The translations under genes were made by a program, and so were the position numbers. A stretch of DNA of 49,182 bases from a virus. This document shows, piece by piece, positions 21,076 to 29,977 of this stretch. The DNA lies in the IMG/VR virus record IMGVR_UViG_3300009964_000008, positions 1 through 49,182 of that record; one strand, written 5' to 3'. The number at the start of each line of letters is the position of its first letter. Positions within the stretch are counted from its first letter, which is position 1. Below the pieces are notes generated by a model. The model had not been told where the DNA came from. It saw nothing but the letters and a program-made list of their open reading frames with translations, and made no database searches.

Positions 21076-21547
21076 AACGAAAAAGACTGTCCGGTATGAT
21101 GGTCGTGTTGCTGGCATTAAGGTGACTGTTGATACCGACAGGTATGGTGTCGCTGCTAAGGCGAAGAAGAAGATTATTGATGCTGCTTGGAAGAAGGTTG
21201 ATGCTGCTGCTAAGGCTGCTGCTGTCGCTTCTACTGAGTATGGGCGCGCTTTGATTGCGGCAGACCCGCGTCGTGTTGATACTGGTTATATGCGTGATGC
21301 TTTCCGTGTTGATGCTTCTAAGGGCGGTAAGGTCGTGGAGATTGGTTGGCATCGTTGGGACCGTGCTAAGCCATATTATGCGTGGCAGGAGAACGGCACG
21401 TACAGTCAGCGCACTTCTGGTTATTTGCGTTCTGGTTTGCGTGGTAAGCCTACGGGCGGCGACAAGGGGAAGGGTATTACCCCGGCTAAGTATTTGCCTC
21501 GTGTGACGGCTGTGTTCCGTGAAGAGTTCTATGGGAGGCTGAAGTGA
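21068..21547 (+). CDS. Head-tail joining protein, HK97 gp10-like by pattern
   Basis: ATG at 21068. PRRVDTGYMRDAF...YAWQENGT matches the gp10-family pattern. Confidence 0.55.
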   Translation: MARTKKTVRYDGRVAGIKVTVDTDRYGVAAKAKKKIIDAAWKKVDAAAKAAAVASTEYGRALIAADPRRVDTGYMRDAFRVDASKGGKVVEIGWHRWDRAKPYYAWQENGTYSQRTSGYLRSGLRGKPTGGDKGKGITPAKYLPRVTAVFREEFYGRLK

Positions 21548-21960
21548 CTGATAGGACCTTGGAGTTTGACGAGGCTTGTCTGGCTCTTTTGCGCACGATT
21601 AAGGATGTTGAGGTTTTCGACTCTTTTTCGCGTGATACGAAGGTGCCTCTTTATATTGTGTATCACGGCAGCGCTGAGATCAATCGTCAGTTGGACGAGT
21701 ATGTGTCGTTGGGTGGTCACACTATGGATGTGTACGAGCATCCTTTCACGGTGGACGTGTACGCTGTGAATAAGAAACTTCTCAATCGGCTTGTGTCGGT
21801 TGTGAAAGAGAAGCTCATTGGCGCTGTGTTGGTTGAAGGGTCTAATGGGGTGAATATCGCTGCGTCTGTTGGTACTGATAGCGATTACGATTCCACGTTG
21901 CGGCCTACGGTTTATCAGCACAGTATGAGTTTTTATGTCAATTTGGACAGAGGGGAATAG
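21544..21960 (+). CDS. Tail terminator-like protein (by position)
   Basis: GTGA overlap. Last mid-size gene before the major tail protein. Confidence 0.5.
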   Translation: MTDRTLEFDEACLALLRTIKDVEVFDSFSRDTKVPLYIVYHGSAEINRQLDEYVSLGGHTMDVYEHPFTVDVYAVNKKLLNRLVSVVKEKLIGAVLVEGSNGVNIAASVGTDSDYDSTLRPTVYQHSMSFYVNLDRGE

Positions 21961-21961
21961 T

Positions 21962-22135
21962 ATGCGCGTGCGCAACAAGTACACTGGTATTGTGTGCGAG
22001 AAGTCAGAAGCAGAGCTGTCTGTCTTTTCCGACATGTATGAGCTTGTCGATGACGAGACACCTCTGACGCAACCTCCGTGTTGTGGTGCAGATGATACCA
22101 TTGAAGACGACAATACTACTGATCAGGAGGACTGA
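21962..22135 (+). CDS. Hypothetical 57-aa acidic protein
   Basis: ATG at 21962 directly after the upstream stop. Confidence 0.5.
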   Translation: MRVRNKYTGIVCEKSEAELSVFSDMYELVDDETPLTQPPCCGADDTIEDDNTTDQED

Positions 22136-22137
22136 TT

Positions 22138-22683
22138 ATGCCTAAGATGCTGTCTCCGAACACCACTATTTGGTGGGTTCCGGCTGATGCCATTACTAAC
22201 GTTGCTGACCTGTTTAAGGCTGCTACCTACACGGGTGGTACGCCGAAGGCGGTTGACATTTCGTGTGCTATCGCGGCGGGTATGACGCTCGGTGCGACGG
22301 ACTCTGACACGGACGACTCGCGCACCATTTGCGATTCGGGTAACGCGAAGACCCCGACTATCGCTAACTACGAGGCTTCGCTCACATTCTTCCGTGAGGC
22401 TATCGCGGCTGGTCAGAAGGCGGCGGGTAACGTCTCCGTCTACGATAAGGCTTTCCAGTTGTTCAAGCGTGGCACGCTTGATGGTATCAAGGAAGGCTAC
22501 CTGGTCCAGCGTATTGGTTTCCGACAGGGCACTGCTGTCGAGGCCGGTATGGAGCTGTCGGCCTTCAAGGTCGTGCCGGACAACCCGAAGGACGAGCTGG
22601 GTGACGGCGATAAGCCGATCCAGTTCACCGTCCCGTTCTTGCCTCAAGGCTATATGGAACTGAACAAGGCTGTCACTGCCTGA
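22138..22683 (+). CDS. Major tail protein
   Basis: 181 aa, precedes the chaperone pair and tape measure, and is followed by a strong hairpin. Confidence 0.75.
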   Translation: MPKMLSPNTTIWWVPADAITNVADLFKAATYTGGTPKAVDISCAIAAGMTLGATDSDTDDSRTICDSGNAKTPTIANYEASLTFFREAIAAGQKAAGNVSVYDKAFQLFKRGTLDGIKEGYLVQRIGFRQGTAVEAGMELSAFKVVPDNPKDELGDGDKPIQFTVPFLPQGYMELNKAVTA

Positions 22684-22695
22684 TCAGTTCTGCTA

Positions 22696-22730
22696 GAATA
22701 CCCCTGTGCCTCCGAGGTGCGGGGGTATTC
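22696..22730 (+). terminator. Stem-loop terminator after the major tail gene
   Basis: GAATACCCCTG...CGGGGGTATTC. Confidence 0.6.
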
Positions 22731-22754
22731 TCATATCTGATTGGAGTAGACATC

Positions 22755-23387
22755 ATGGCTTTTGAGTTGTCTAAGATTATCTCGTCCATCAAGCCTACGG
22801 TCAAGGCTATTGACGTGCCGCTGAACACTGAGAACGCGGAGCGTTTCGCTCAACTTGTCGAGGTGGCTAATACCGCACAGTTGGTCGAGGCCCCTCTGTC
22901 TCGTTCGATCACTGACACTTCCCCGGGTGTCGAGCTGCAAGAAGAGCTTGAGGCGCTTCGTAAGGAGACGATTACTCTTCGTCTGCGTGCGCTGTCGAAC
23001 AAGGAACTTAATGTCCTGAAGCGTAATGTCTGGGAAGACAAGTTCTTCTCCACAAAGAACAAGAGTGCTGAGGAAAAGGCAATCATTGAAGTCGAGCGTG
23101 AAGACCGGCTGATGGAATACGTCGTTGCCCGCGCTTGTGTTGAGATCATCGACAATGCTACAGGTGAGTCGAAGAATGGCCTGTCGGATGCCGAGGCTGC
23201 GGAGCTGCGTGGTCATCTGCCCGAGTTCCTGTGGGTGCAAATCTGCGCTACGTGGAAGGACGCGCAAGAGCTTGGAGCTGTGGTGGCTGAGGCGATTTCT
23301 GATCCTACGTTTCGTGGGGACGGAGCTGAGCAAGCCGGAGAACCAGTGGATGATTCTTCTACTGAAGACGGCGAGAGCGGAGAGTAA
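22755..23387 (+). CDS. Tail assembly chaperone (G-like)
   Basis: Lies between the major tail and tape measure genes, with an acidic C-terminus. Confidence 0.7.
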   Translation: MAFELSKIISSIKPTVKAIDVPLNTENAERFAQLVEVANTAQLVEAPLSRSITDTSPGVELQEELEALRKETITLRLRALSNKELNVLKRNVWEDKFFSTKNKSAEEKAIIEVEREDRLMEYVVARACVEIIDNATGESKNGLSDAEAAELRGHLPEFLWVQICATWKDAQELGAVVAEAISDPTFRGDGAEQAGEPVDDSSTEDGESGE

Positions 23388-23418
23388 GCCGCCGACACTG
23401 TTTACGGGCGCTCATGGT

Positions 23419-23778
23419 ATGTTTGCTCGCATGGTGCCTGTGTTTATTGGTGATGAGCTTGACTCTGAGCCGATAGATCAAACTGAATACACTAACTTGG
23501 ATATTGCTTTGGCTGCTGGTTATCAATACTATCTTGATAGTTTGTGTAACAAGTGTGGTACACCGCTCTGGTATGGCCGTAGTGAGCATAGTGCGATTGA
23601 GTTCCATGTGGAGACTTCTACGTGTTATTCGTGTGCTGAGCTTGATCGACATCGAGAGCACGCGAAGGAAACCAAGCCGGGTGAAAGCACGTACACAGTG
23701 ATGGGTACTGTTGAATACTCGGATGGTACGAAAGAGCCGTTGCCGTCGCCTCTTGAAGCGCTTGAGCAAGTTAGGTAG
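23419..23778 (+). CDS. Tail assembly chaperone extension (T-like) or independent Zn-ribbon protein
   Basis: Frame is +1/-2 relative to the G ORF and open from 23125. In-frame ATG at 23419 lacks an RBS. Contains CNKC...CYSC. Confidence 0.5.
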   Translation: MFARMVPVFIGDELDSEPIDQTEYTNLDIALAAGYQYYLDSLCNKCGTPLWYGRSEHSAIEFHVETSTCYSCAELDRHREHAKETKPGESTYTVMGTVEYSDGTKEPLPSPLEALEQVR

Positions 23779-23780
23779 GA

Positions 23781-23826
23781 AAAGTCCCTGGTATCATTGA
23801 AGTGGTATTAGGGACTTTTCTTTTTA
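23781..23826 (+). terminator. Rho-independent terminator
   Basis: AAAGTCCCT...AGGGACTTT followed by TCTTTTT. Confidence 0.75.
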
Positions 23827-23835
23827 GGAGTTAAG

Positions 23836-26800
23836 GTGGCAGACGAGTCAATCAAGATCGACATTGACGTTAACGCTGCTGGGGCAGATAAGGCGGCGCA
23901 GAGCATTAGTGCTCTGGAAAAGCAGATTGGTTCGCTTCAGAGTGCTGTCGCTACGCTGAAGTCCCCGTCTGGGCGTGGTGGCACGATTCTTGATTCTTTG
24001 CAGCTTGACAGCTCGAAGGTTAAGAACCTGAAGGACTCTGCGACAGCACTGAAGTCTGTGGCCGATGCGCTTGGCTCGTTGAATAAGGCTGCTGGGGACG
24101 CGAGTAAGGCTGATCTGTCTGCGGGTGTCGATAGGGCAGTTTCCTCGTATCGACAGTTCATCCGTGAGACTCGCACGATGAACAACCTGAGTAAGGACCA
24201 TATCGCTAAGCTGAGGGATACTGCCTCGGCTATGCGTGAGGTGGCTTCTGCGTCTAATGCTATGGCTGAGGCTGAGAATAAGGCGAAGAAGGCCCAGGCT
24301 CAGTTGAATCAGTCGCAGGCGCGTAAGACTGAGGCTCAGGCTGAAAAGCTGCGTGCGCAGGCTTCGGTGAAGCGTGAGGATAATGCTCTTCCGTTGCAGA
24401 AGCAGAAGGGTAAGGACGAGCGTAGCCTTGTGCGGGCGAAGGGCGCTGAGGCTACTCGTCTTGCTGAGATTCAAGCGCTCACCGCTTTGGAGCAGGCAGA
24501 GATCAGGGCTGCTGCAACGACGGCTTCTGCTGAGTCTAAGCGTGAAGCTGCTGTCGCTAGTGCGTCGGCGCGTATTGGTGCTGCTCGTGAGGCTGAAGCT
24601 GCTCGTACTGAGCGTGCTCGTATTCGTGAGGAAGAGCTGACTAAGCGTCAGGCTATTCGCTCGGATGCTAGTACCGCGCGCAATAACGCTCGCGTGAGTG
24701 AGAAGGCGATTGAGAACGTCCGTTATGCTGCACGTGACATGGCCGTGTACTACGGTGCTATCACGGCTGGTATTGGCCGTGTGGTGTCGTCGGCTGCTCA
24801 GGCTGGTATTGCGCAGGAGCGCGCATTTGCTGATGTGGAGCGTACCGCACAGGGTACGACACAGAGCTTGAATGAGCTGAAGAAGTCTTACACTGATCTG
24901 TCTACGACAACTACTACGTCGTTTGCTGATCTGTCGAAGATTGGTACGCTCGGCGCGCAGATGAACATTCCGACGAATAAGTTGAATGACTTTACGAAGG
25001 CTGTCGCTGAGTTCTCTACCGTGACAGGTATGGAAGTTGAGTCGGCTTCTACTGCGTTTGGTCGTTTCGGTGAGATGATGGGCAAGCTGCAAGAGTCAGC
25101 ACCTGGTAAGGGTGACGGCTACGCGGTCTTGGCTAACCAGATTGCTGATCTTGGTGCGAAGTCGGTTGCGACTGAGCCTGAGATTGCGAACATGGCCGTG
25201 TCGATTGCTGCTCAGGGTAAGTCGGCTGGCTTCACCCAGAATGAGATTCTTGCTCTGTCGTCTACGCTGTCGTCGCTTGCTATTCCGAAGGAATGGGCGC
25301 GCGGCTCACTTCAGCGTATCTTCAACTCGATCAACTCTGCTGCTGCTGATGGTGGCGAGAAGATGCACACGTACGCTCAGGCTGTCGGTGTGACTGACGC
25401 TGAGTTCCAGAAGTTGTGGCGTGACGACCCGAACAAGGTGTTCCAGGGCATCTTGCAGAACCTTGCGGGTATTAACGACAAGGTTGAGAAGGCCCAGGCG
25501 ATTAAGGACTTGGGCTTCAAGAACGTGCGTGACGTTGAATTGCTGTCCCGTATGTCGAACAGTGTCGGCTTGTATGTCGAACAGCTGAAGGAGGCCGAGG
25601 CAGCTTCTAAGGGCACGACGTTCATTGATGAGTCGATGGGCATCATCATGGACACTTTGGCGGCTAAGGTTGAGGCTTTCCAGCACGCCCTGCAGAACGC
25701 GGGCGCGGCCATGAACTCTAGCTTCATGGTTCCGTTCAAGCTGATTATCAGCGTTGCGACAGGTGTCGTTAATGCTTTCGCTAAGCTGCCAGCGCCTATT
25801 CAGGCGTTTGTGGGTGCGCTCGCGGCTGTGGCGACAGTGCGTGTGGGTCTTATGGCTGCGAAGGCTGCGGCTGTGTCGATGTCGGCTACGTATTTGCAGA
25901 TGCAAAACCGCATGTTGCAGGCGACAGGCGCGCAGAAAGCCTCGTGGAGTGTCGTGTGGCAGGCTATTCGTCAGGCTCAGACGGCTACGGTCGCTTACGA
26001 CAGTACGCTTGCGGCTAACGTGGGTACGGCTAATGCTGCGGCTGCGGCTAACCAGCGGCTTGCTGCTGCGGATAACATGGTGGCTGCTGCGGCTGGTAAG
26101 GCTGCGGCTGCTAAGGCTGCTCAGAATACGGCTCAGGTGGCTTCTGCGGGCGCGTCTGCGGCTGCTGCCGGGGCGCAGGTTGCGGCTGGCGCTGGTCAGG
26201 CTGTAGGTGCCTTGACTAAGCTGTCCTCTGTTGGCTCTGGCTTGCTGTCGATGTTCGGCGGGCCTTGGGGCCTTGCCATTTCCGGTATCTTGACTGCCGT
26301 GTCGGTCGGTGCTACTTATCTGGGTGACGCTTTCCAGGATGCGTCGGCTAAGGCTGACGAGTTTAAGAACGCTGTCGGTGGTTCTTCTGCGATTCTGAAC
26401 GCTTTGGCTCAGGATACGAAGGAAGTCGGTAACGGCACGCAGTCTGGCTTTGTTGAGCTGAACGCTACGATTGAGCAGAATGGTGAAGTTCTGACTGCTA
26501 ATGGTCAGGCGCTTGGCTACTATATTGATAAGTCTGGTCAGGTTGTTCAGGCTACGCACGAGCAGGCCGAGGCTATGGGTTTTTCGACCTTGAAGATTGG
26601 TGAGCATACTCAGGCGTTGATTATGGATGCCATTCAGGGTTCTGAGGCTTTCAAGGGCATGTCTAAGGAAACCAAGCAGGCTCTTGTCGATATGGGCTTC
26701 TCGTACGCTAAATACATCAAGCTGGCTACTACTTCCGAGTCTCAGGGTGGCGGCAAGGCTGCTGCTGATGCGTATATTGACGGCTATATTGCACAGATTA

Positions 26801-29067
26801 GGGCACGCTCTACTGAAGCTGCCCAAGCAGCTATTGATGAGAATGTTGGTGGTGGTGACTCTTCTGGCAGTATTTTGATTGCCACTAAGAAGTACGACGA
26901 GCAAGAGGCTGCTCTGCAAGGCTTGAAGTCAAACACTGAAGGTGTCGGCGGCGCAATGCGTGACGCTATGAATGATGCTGCTCTCTTCGCCCAGGAGGTC
27001 GAAGAGACCGGCGACGCGGCAGAGGGGGCCGGTCTGAAGATTGGTGACGCTAAGGGCGAGTTCCATAGCATGGCAGAGGCTATCCGCTCTGTCCTTGACG
27101 AGATGTTCTCTTCGACAGACGCGGCTGCTGCGCTCGATTCGTCGTTGCAACAGGTGTACGAGTCCATGCAGGAGCACGGCACGTCGATGGACCCGAACAG
27201 CCCAGACGGCCAAGCGAACATTGCTGCTATCTCGGATTACTTCGAGAAGATGGGCAATGCCGCTGCTGCCGGTATTGAAGAAATGGGTCTGACCGGCGAA
27301 GAAGCGTATCAGTACGCGCAGAACTCGATTCAGGACACGATTGACTTCCTTGCTGCGCAGGGTTTCGACATGAGCCAGTTCGAGCAGCAGCGAGACACTA
27401 TGGCTGCAATTATCGCGCAACCGTACCAGTCTGGCGAGGTTGATCATAGTGCTACGGATGCGTCTCTTGGTCAGATGGTTGATAACGCAGCTCAGGCTGT
27501 ATCGCAGGCTCAAGGGTTCCTTGGCAAGGTGCAGGCTATCTGGCAGTCGATTCAGGGCTACATGGGCGCTATCGGTGGCTCGAAGTCGAAGACTGGCAAG
27601 GGTTCGTACACTGCGGGTCAGAAGTCCAAGATTCGTATGCCAACGTTCGCTAACCGCAACAACGGTACGTCGGCGTTTAGTGGCAACAACTTCAAGGCTA
27701 AGCCGTCTCGTTCCGGTGGGGGTGGCGGTGGCCGTTCACCTCGTTCCGGTGGGGGTGGCGGTGCGTCTCGTGCTCGTAAGGAAACGAAGACCGCTGCTGA
27801 GATTTTCGAGGACTTCCTGTCGCGCTTGAAGTCGGCGCTCGACAAGGCGTTGTCTACGTGGTGGCGCTCGACGACTGCTCAGGACAATTACCGTAAGGGT
27901 CTTAACAGCCTGAAGAAGGATGTTGAGGGTACGACGAAGAAGGTTTCTGATCTTCGTAAGGAGAATGAGAAACTTGCGTCGGATATGCGTAAGAACCAGC
28001 AGGAGTTGCACGACGCTGAGTTCTTCCATGCTGTCGCTGTGAAGTACGGTGATACTGAGCGTGCGCAGTCTACTCAGGTTGATATTGACGAGGCTAAGCA
28101 GAAGATCAACGAGGGGCAGACGAAGATTGCGGACAATGACAAGGAGATTGCAACCCTCCAAGCCGGGCAGTTTGCTCTGAAGGGTTACACTGAGGCTGCT
28201 ATTGCTAACCGTGAGGCTTTGCGGTCGTTGCAGTCTCAGATGATTGGTCTGATTGAGGCGTACGCTGCTGCTGGTCATTCGACTCAGGAGATCGAGGCGT
28301 ACACGCAATCGCTGAAGCAGCAGTTTATCGACCAGGTTACTCAGCTCGGGTTCAACCAGGGTGAAGTTACTGAGTTGGCTGGGGCTTTCGACAGCTTGAC
28401 TTCTACTATCGGTCAGGTTCCTCGTGAGGTGAAGGAGCATGTGACCGATAACGGTACTGTCGGTTCGACACAGGATGCTATTGATTCGCTGCACTCTAAT
28501 GGTGTGACGGTTCCTGTTCAGCCAAGCCACAGTGAGCTTAATGTCAGGATTCGTTACCAGATTGATGAGGCATCCTACGCCGCCGCGCTTAATGCAGCGC
28601 GGATGAATCCGCTTGGTAGTCAGAATCGTACTGTTCGTACCCGTTCTGGTAGGAACATTGGAACTATCTACACGGGTGGTCTGCTGTCGAGTGCTAACTA
28701 TCTGCCCGGTTTTGCGGGTGGTGGCTTGTTGCCTGGTCGTCCCCCGGCTAACCCGAAGGCCGACAACCTCATGGCTACGGACGGCAAGGGTATGTTCCGT
28801 GTCCGTAGTGGCGAGTATGTGATTAGCCAGCCTGCTGTCGATTTCTATGGCAAGGGTTTCATGAACGCGCTGAACACGATGCAGGTTCCGGTGTCGGCTG
28901 GTGGTGTTTACGCTATGGGTGGTAGCTCTGATCTTGTTACAATTAACCCAGCACAGTTTAATCAGTTGGTGAAGGCTGTTTCTACGGCTGTCGTCCTTGA
29001 TGGTCGTGCCATTAGCCAGAGCATCGACAACGGCAATATGAGGACAGGTAATCGTGGTGTCTACTAG
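23836..29067 (+). CDS. Tape measure protein (1743 aa)
   Basis: Largest ORF, GTG with RBS AGGAG. Coiled-coil N-terminus, Ala-rich hydrophobic core and typical position. Confidence 0.9.
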   Translation: MADESIKIDIDVNAAGADKAAQSISALEKQIGSLQSAVATLKSPSGRGGTILDSLQLDSSKVKNLKDSATALKSVADALGSLNKAAGDASKADLSAGVDRAVSSYRQFIRETRTMNNLSKDHIAKLRDTASAMREVASASNAMAEAENKAKKAQAQLNQSQARKTEAQAEKLRAQASVKREDNALPLQKQKGKDERSLVRAKGAEATRLAEIQALTALEQAEIRAAATTASAESKREAAVASASARIGAAREAEAARTERARIREEELTKRQAIRSDASTARNNARVSEKAIENVRYAARDMAVYYGAITAGIGRVVSSAAQAGIAQERAFADVERTAQGTTQSLNELKKSYTDLSTTTTTSFADLSKIGTLGAQMNIPTNKLNDFTKAVAEFSTVTGMEVESASTAFGRFGEMMGKLQESAPGKGDGYAVLANQIADLGAKSVATEPEIANMAVSIAAQGKSAGFTQNEILALSSTLSSLAIPKEWARGSLQRIFNSINSAAADGGEKMHTYAQAVGVTDAEFQKLWRDDPNKVFQGILQNLAGINDKVEKAQAIKDLGFKNVRDVELLSRMSNSVGLYVEQLKEAEAASKGTTFIDESMGIIMDTLAAKVEAFQHALQNAGAAMNSSFMVPFKLIISVATGVVNAFAKLPAPIQAFVGALAAVATVRVGLMAAKAAAVSMSATYLQMQNRMLQATGAQKASWSVVWQAIRQAQTATVAYDSTLAANVGTANAAAAANQRLAAADNMVAAAAGKAAAAKAAQNTAQVASAGASAAAAGAQVAAGAGQAVGALTKLSSVGSGLLSMFGGPWGLAISGILTAVSVGATYLGDAFQDASAKADEFKNAVGGSSAILNALAQDTKEVGNGTQSGFVELNATIEQNGEVLTANGQALGYYIDKSGQVVQATHEQAEAMGFSTLKIGEHTQALIMDAIQGSEAFKGMSKETKQALVDMGFSYAKYIKLATTSESQGGGKAAADAYIDGYIAQIRARSTEAAQAAIDENVGGGDSSGSILIATKKYDEQEAALQGLKSNTEGVGGAMRDAMNDAALFAQEVEETGDAAEGAGLKIGDAKGEFHSMAEAIRSVLDEMFSSTDAAAALDSSLQQVYESMQEHGTSMDPNSPDGQANIAAISDYFEKMGNAAAAGIEEMGLTGEEAYQYAQNSIQDTIDFLAAQGFDMSQFEQQRDTMAAIIAQPYQSGEVDHSATDASLGQMVDNAAQAVSQAQGFLGKVQAIWQSIQGYMGAIGGSKSKTGKGSYTAGQKSKIRMPTFANRNNGTSAFSGNNFKAKPSRSGGGGGGRSPRSGGGGGASRARKETKTAAEIFEDFLSRLKSALDKALSTWWRSTTAQDNYRKGLNSLKKDVEGTTKKVSDLRKENEKLASDMRKNQQELHDAEFFHAVAVKYGDTERAQSTQVDIDEAKQKINEGQTKIADNDKEIATLQAGQFALKGYTEAAIANREALRSLQSQMIGLIEAYAAAGHSTQEIEAYTQSLKQQFIDQVTQLGFNQGEVTELAGAFDSLTSTIGQVPREVKEHVTDNGTVGSTQDAIDSLHSNGVTVPVQPSHSELNVRIRYQIDEASYAAALNAARMNPLGSQNRTVRTRSGRNIGTIYTGGLLSSANYLPGFAGGGLLPGRPPANPKADNLMATDGKGMFRVRSGEYVISQPAVDFYGKGFMNALNTMQVPVSAGGVYAMGGSSDLVTINPAQFNQLVKAVSTAVVLDGRAISQSIDNGNMRTGNRGVY
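27707..27763 (+). repeat. 24-bp perfect direct repeat inside the tape measure gene
   Basis: CTCGTTCCGGTGGGGGTGGCGGTG at 27707-27730 and 27740-27763, starts 33 bp apart (in frame), encoding the repeated unit RSGGGGG. Confidence 0.9.
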
Positions 29068-29977
29068 GGGTTGCGCAACCCGTGAGGTTTGTTTCGGTGT
29101 GGGGAACGACATTATTGAGTGGTTCCCCGCACCGGACGAGTCGCCTGTTTCGACTAATGTTCATTCGGGCGACTCGCAGCGCCTATTGAATGGTCTCGCC
29201 TACATGGGTGGTTCTGTGTATGGTGGTAGGCATTATGAGCTGTCGTGGTCATTCTTGAATCGTGAGCAGGCTAATACGTTCCGTGAGCTGTTTATGAACA
29301 GGACGGGCGAGTGGGTGACGTATCTGGACCCGTTCTCGATGAAGAACGTGTTGTCGCCTTTGATGGGTTTGCCATACTTGCATTACCATGTTGGTTCGCC
29401 GTTTGCTTTCAATGATTGGGGTAAGCAAGCACTGTTTCCTACGAAGGCTAACAATTCTCAGTCTGGGCATCCTGGTGTCGTGCTGAAGAGTGGTGTTCTT
29501 CAGATGAACAACAAGTTCCAGTCTACCGTTGATCGTCTGAATGGGCGGCAGGTGTCTTTGGCTTTGTCGAAGGTTGGAAGTTACACTGAGCGTGTTCTTG
29601 TACCTGAAGACCATAAGGGCGTGTTTTTGTCGTCTGGGCCGGAAGATGGTAAGAGTCCGTTTGCGTTTAATTTCCGTAAATTGACTGGTGTCTCTGACAA
29701 CTTCACTATCAATAAGAATACGGTGCGCGCACTTGATCCCGGTTTGTGGGAGGTGTCGATTCTTCCGAGGTTTGAAGGTGGACTCGATTGGACTATGCTT
29801 CAGATCGTGCCCGAGGATACGCACATCGACACAGCAGTTAACCTGTATGATTATGCGTACCCTTCAGGTGGTGGGAATCTTCAGGTTGTTCCTGGGTCGG
29901 CTAGTGTCGTGACTGTCAATAACTATCGTGGTCATTACACAGCTTCGGTTACTTTGGAAGAGGTTTACTCGTGGTGA
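29054..29977 (+). CDS. Distal tail protein (by position)
   Basis: First gene after the tape measure. Start uncertain. Confidence 0.6.
   Translation: MVSTRGCATREVCFGVGNDIIEWFPAPDESPVSTNVHSGDSQRLLNGLAYMGGSVYGGRHYELSWSFLNREQANTFRELFMNRTGEWVTYLDPFSMKNVLSPLMGLPYLHYHVGSPFAFNDWGKQALFPTKANNSQSGHPGVVLKSGVLQMNNKFQSTVDRLNGRQVSLALSKVGSYTERVLVPEDHKGVFLSSGPEDGKSPFAFNFRKLTGVSDNFTINKNTVRALDPGLWEVSILPRFEGGLDWTMLQIVPEDTHIDTAVNLYDYAYPSGGGNLQVVPGSASVVTVNNYRGHYTASVTLEEVYSW

Noticed and set aside
23125-23418. Annotating the whole 217-aa ORF 23125..23778 as an independent gene
   Set aside because: Its first 98 codons overlap the chaperone ORF in another frame and translate to an Arg/Cys/Leu-rich sequence without an RBS. 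Only the part downstream of the G stop looks like real protein sequence.
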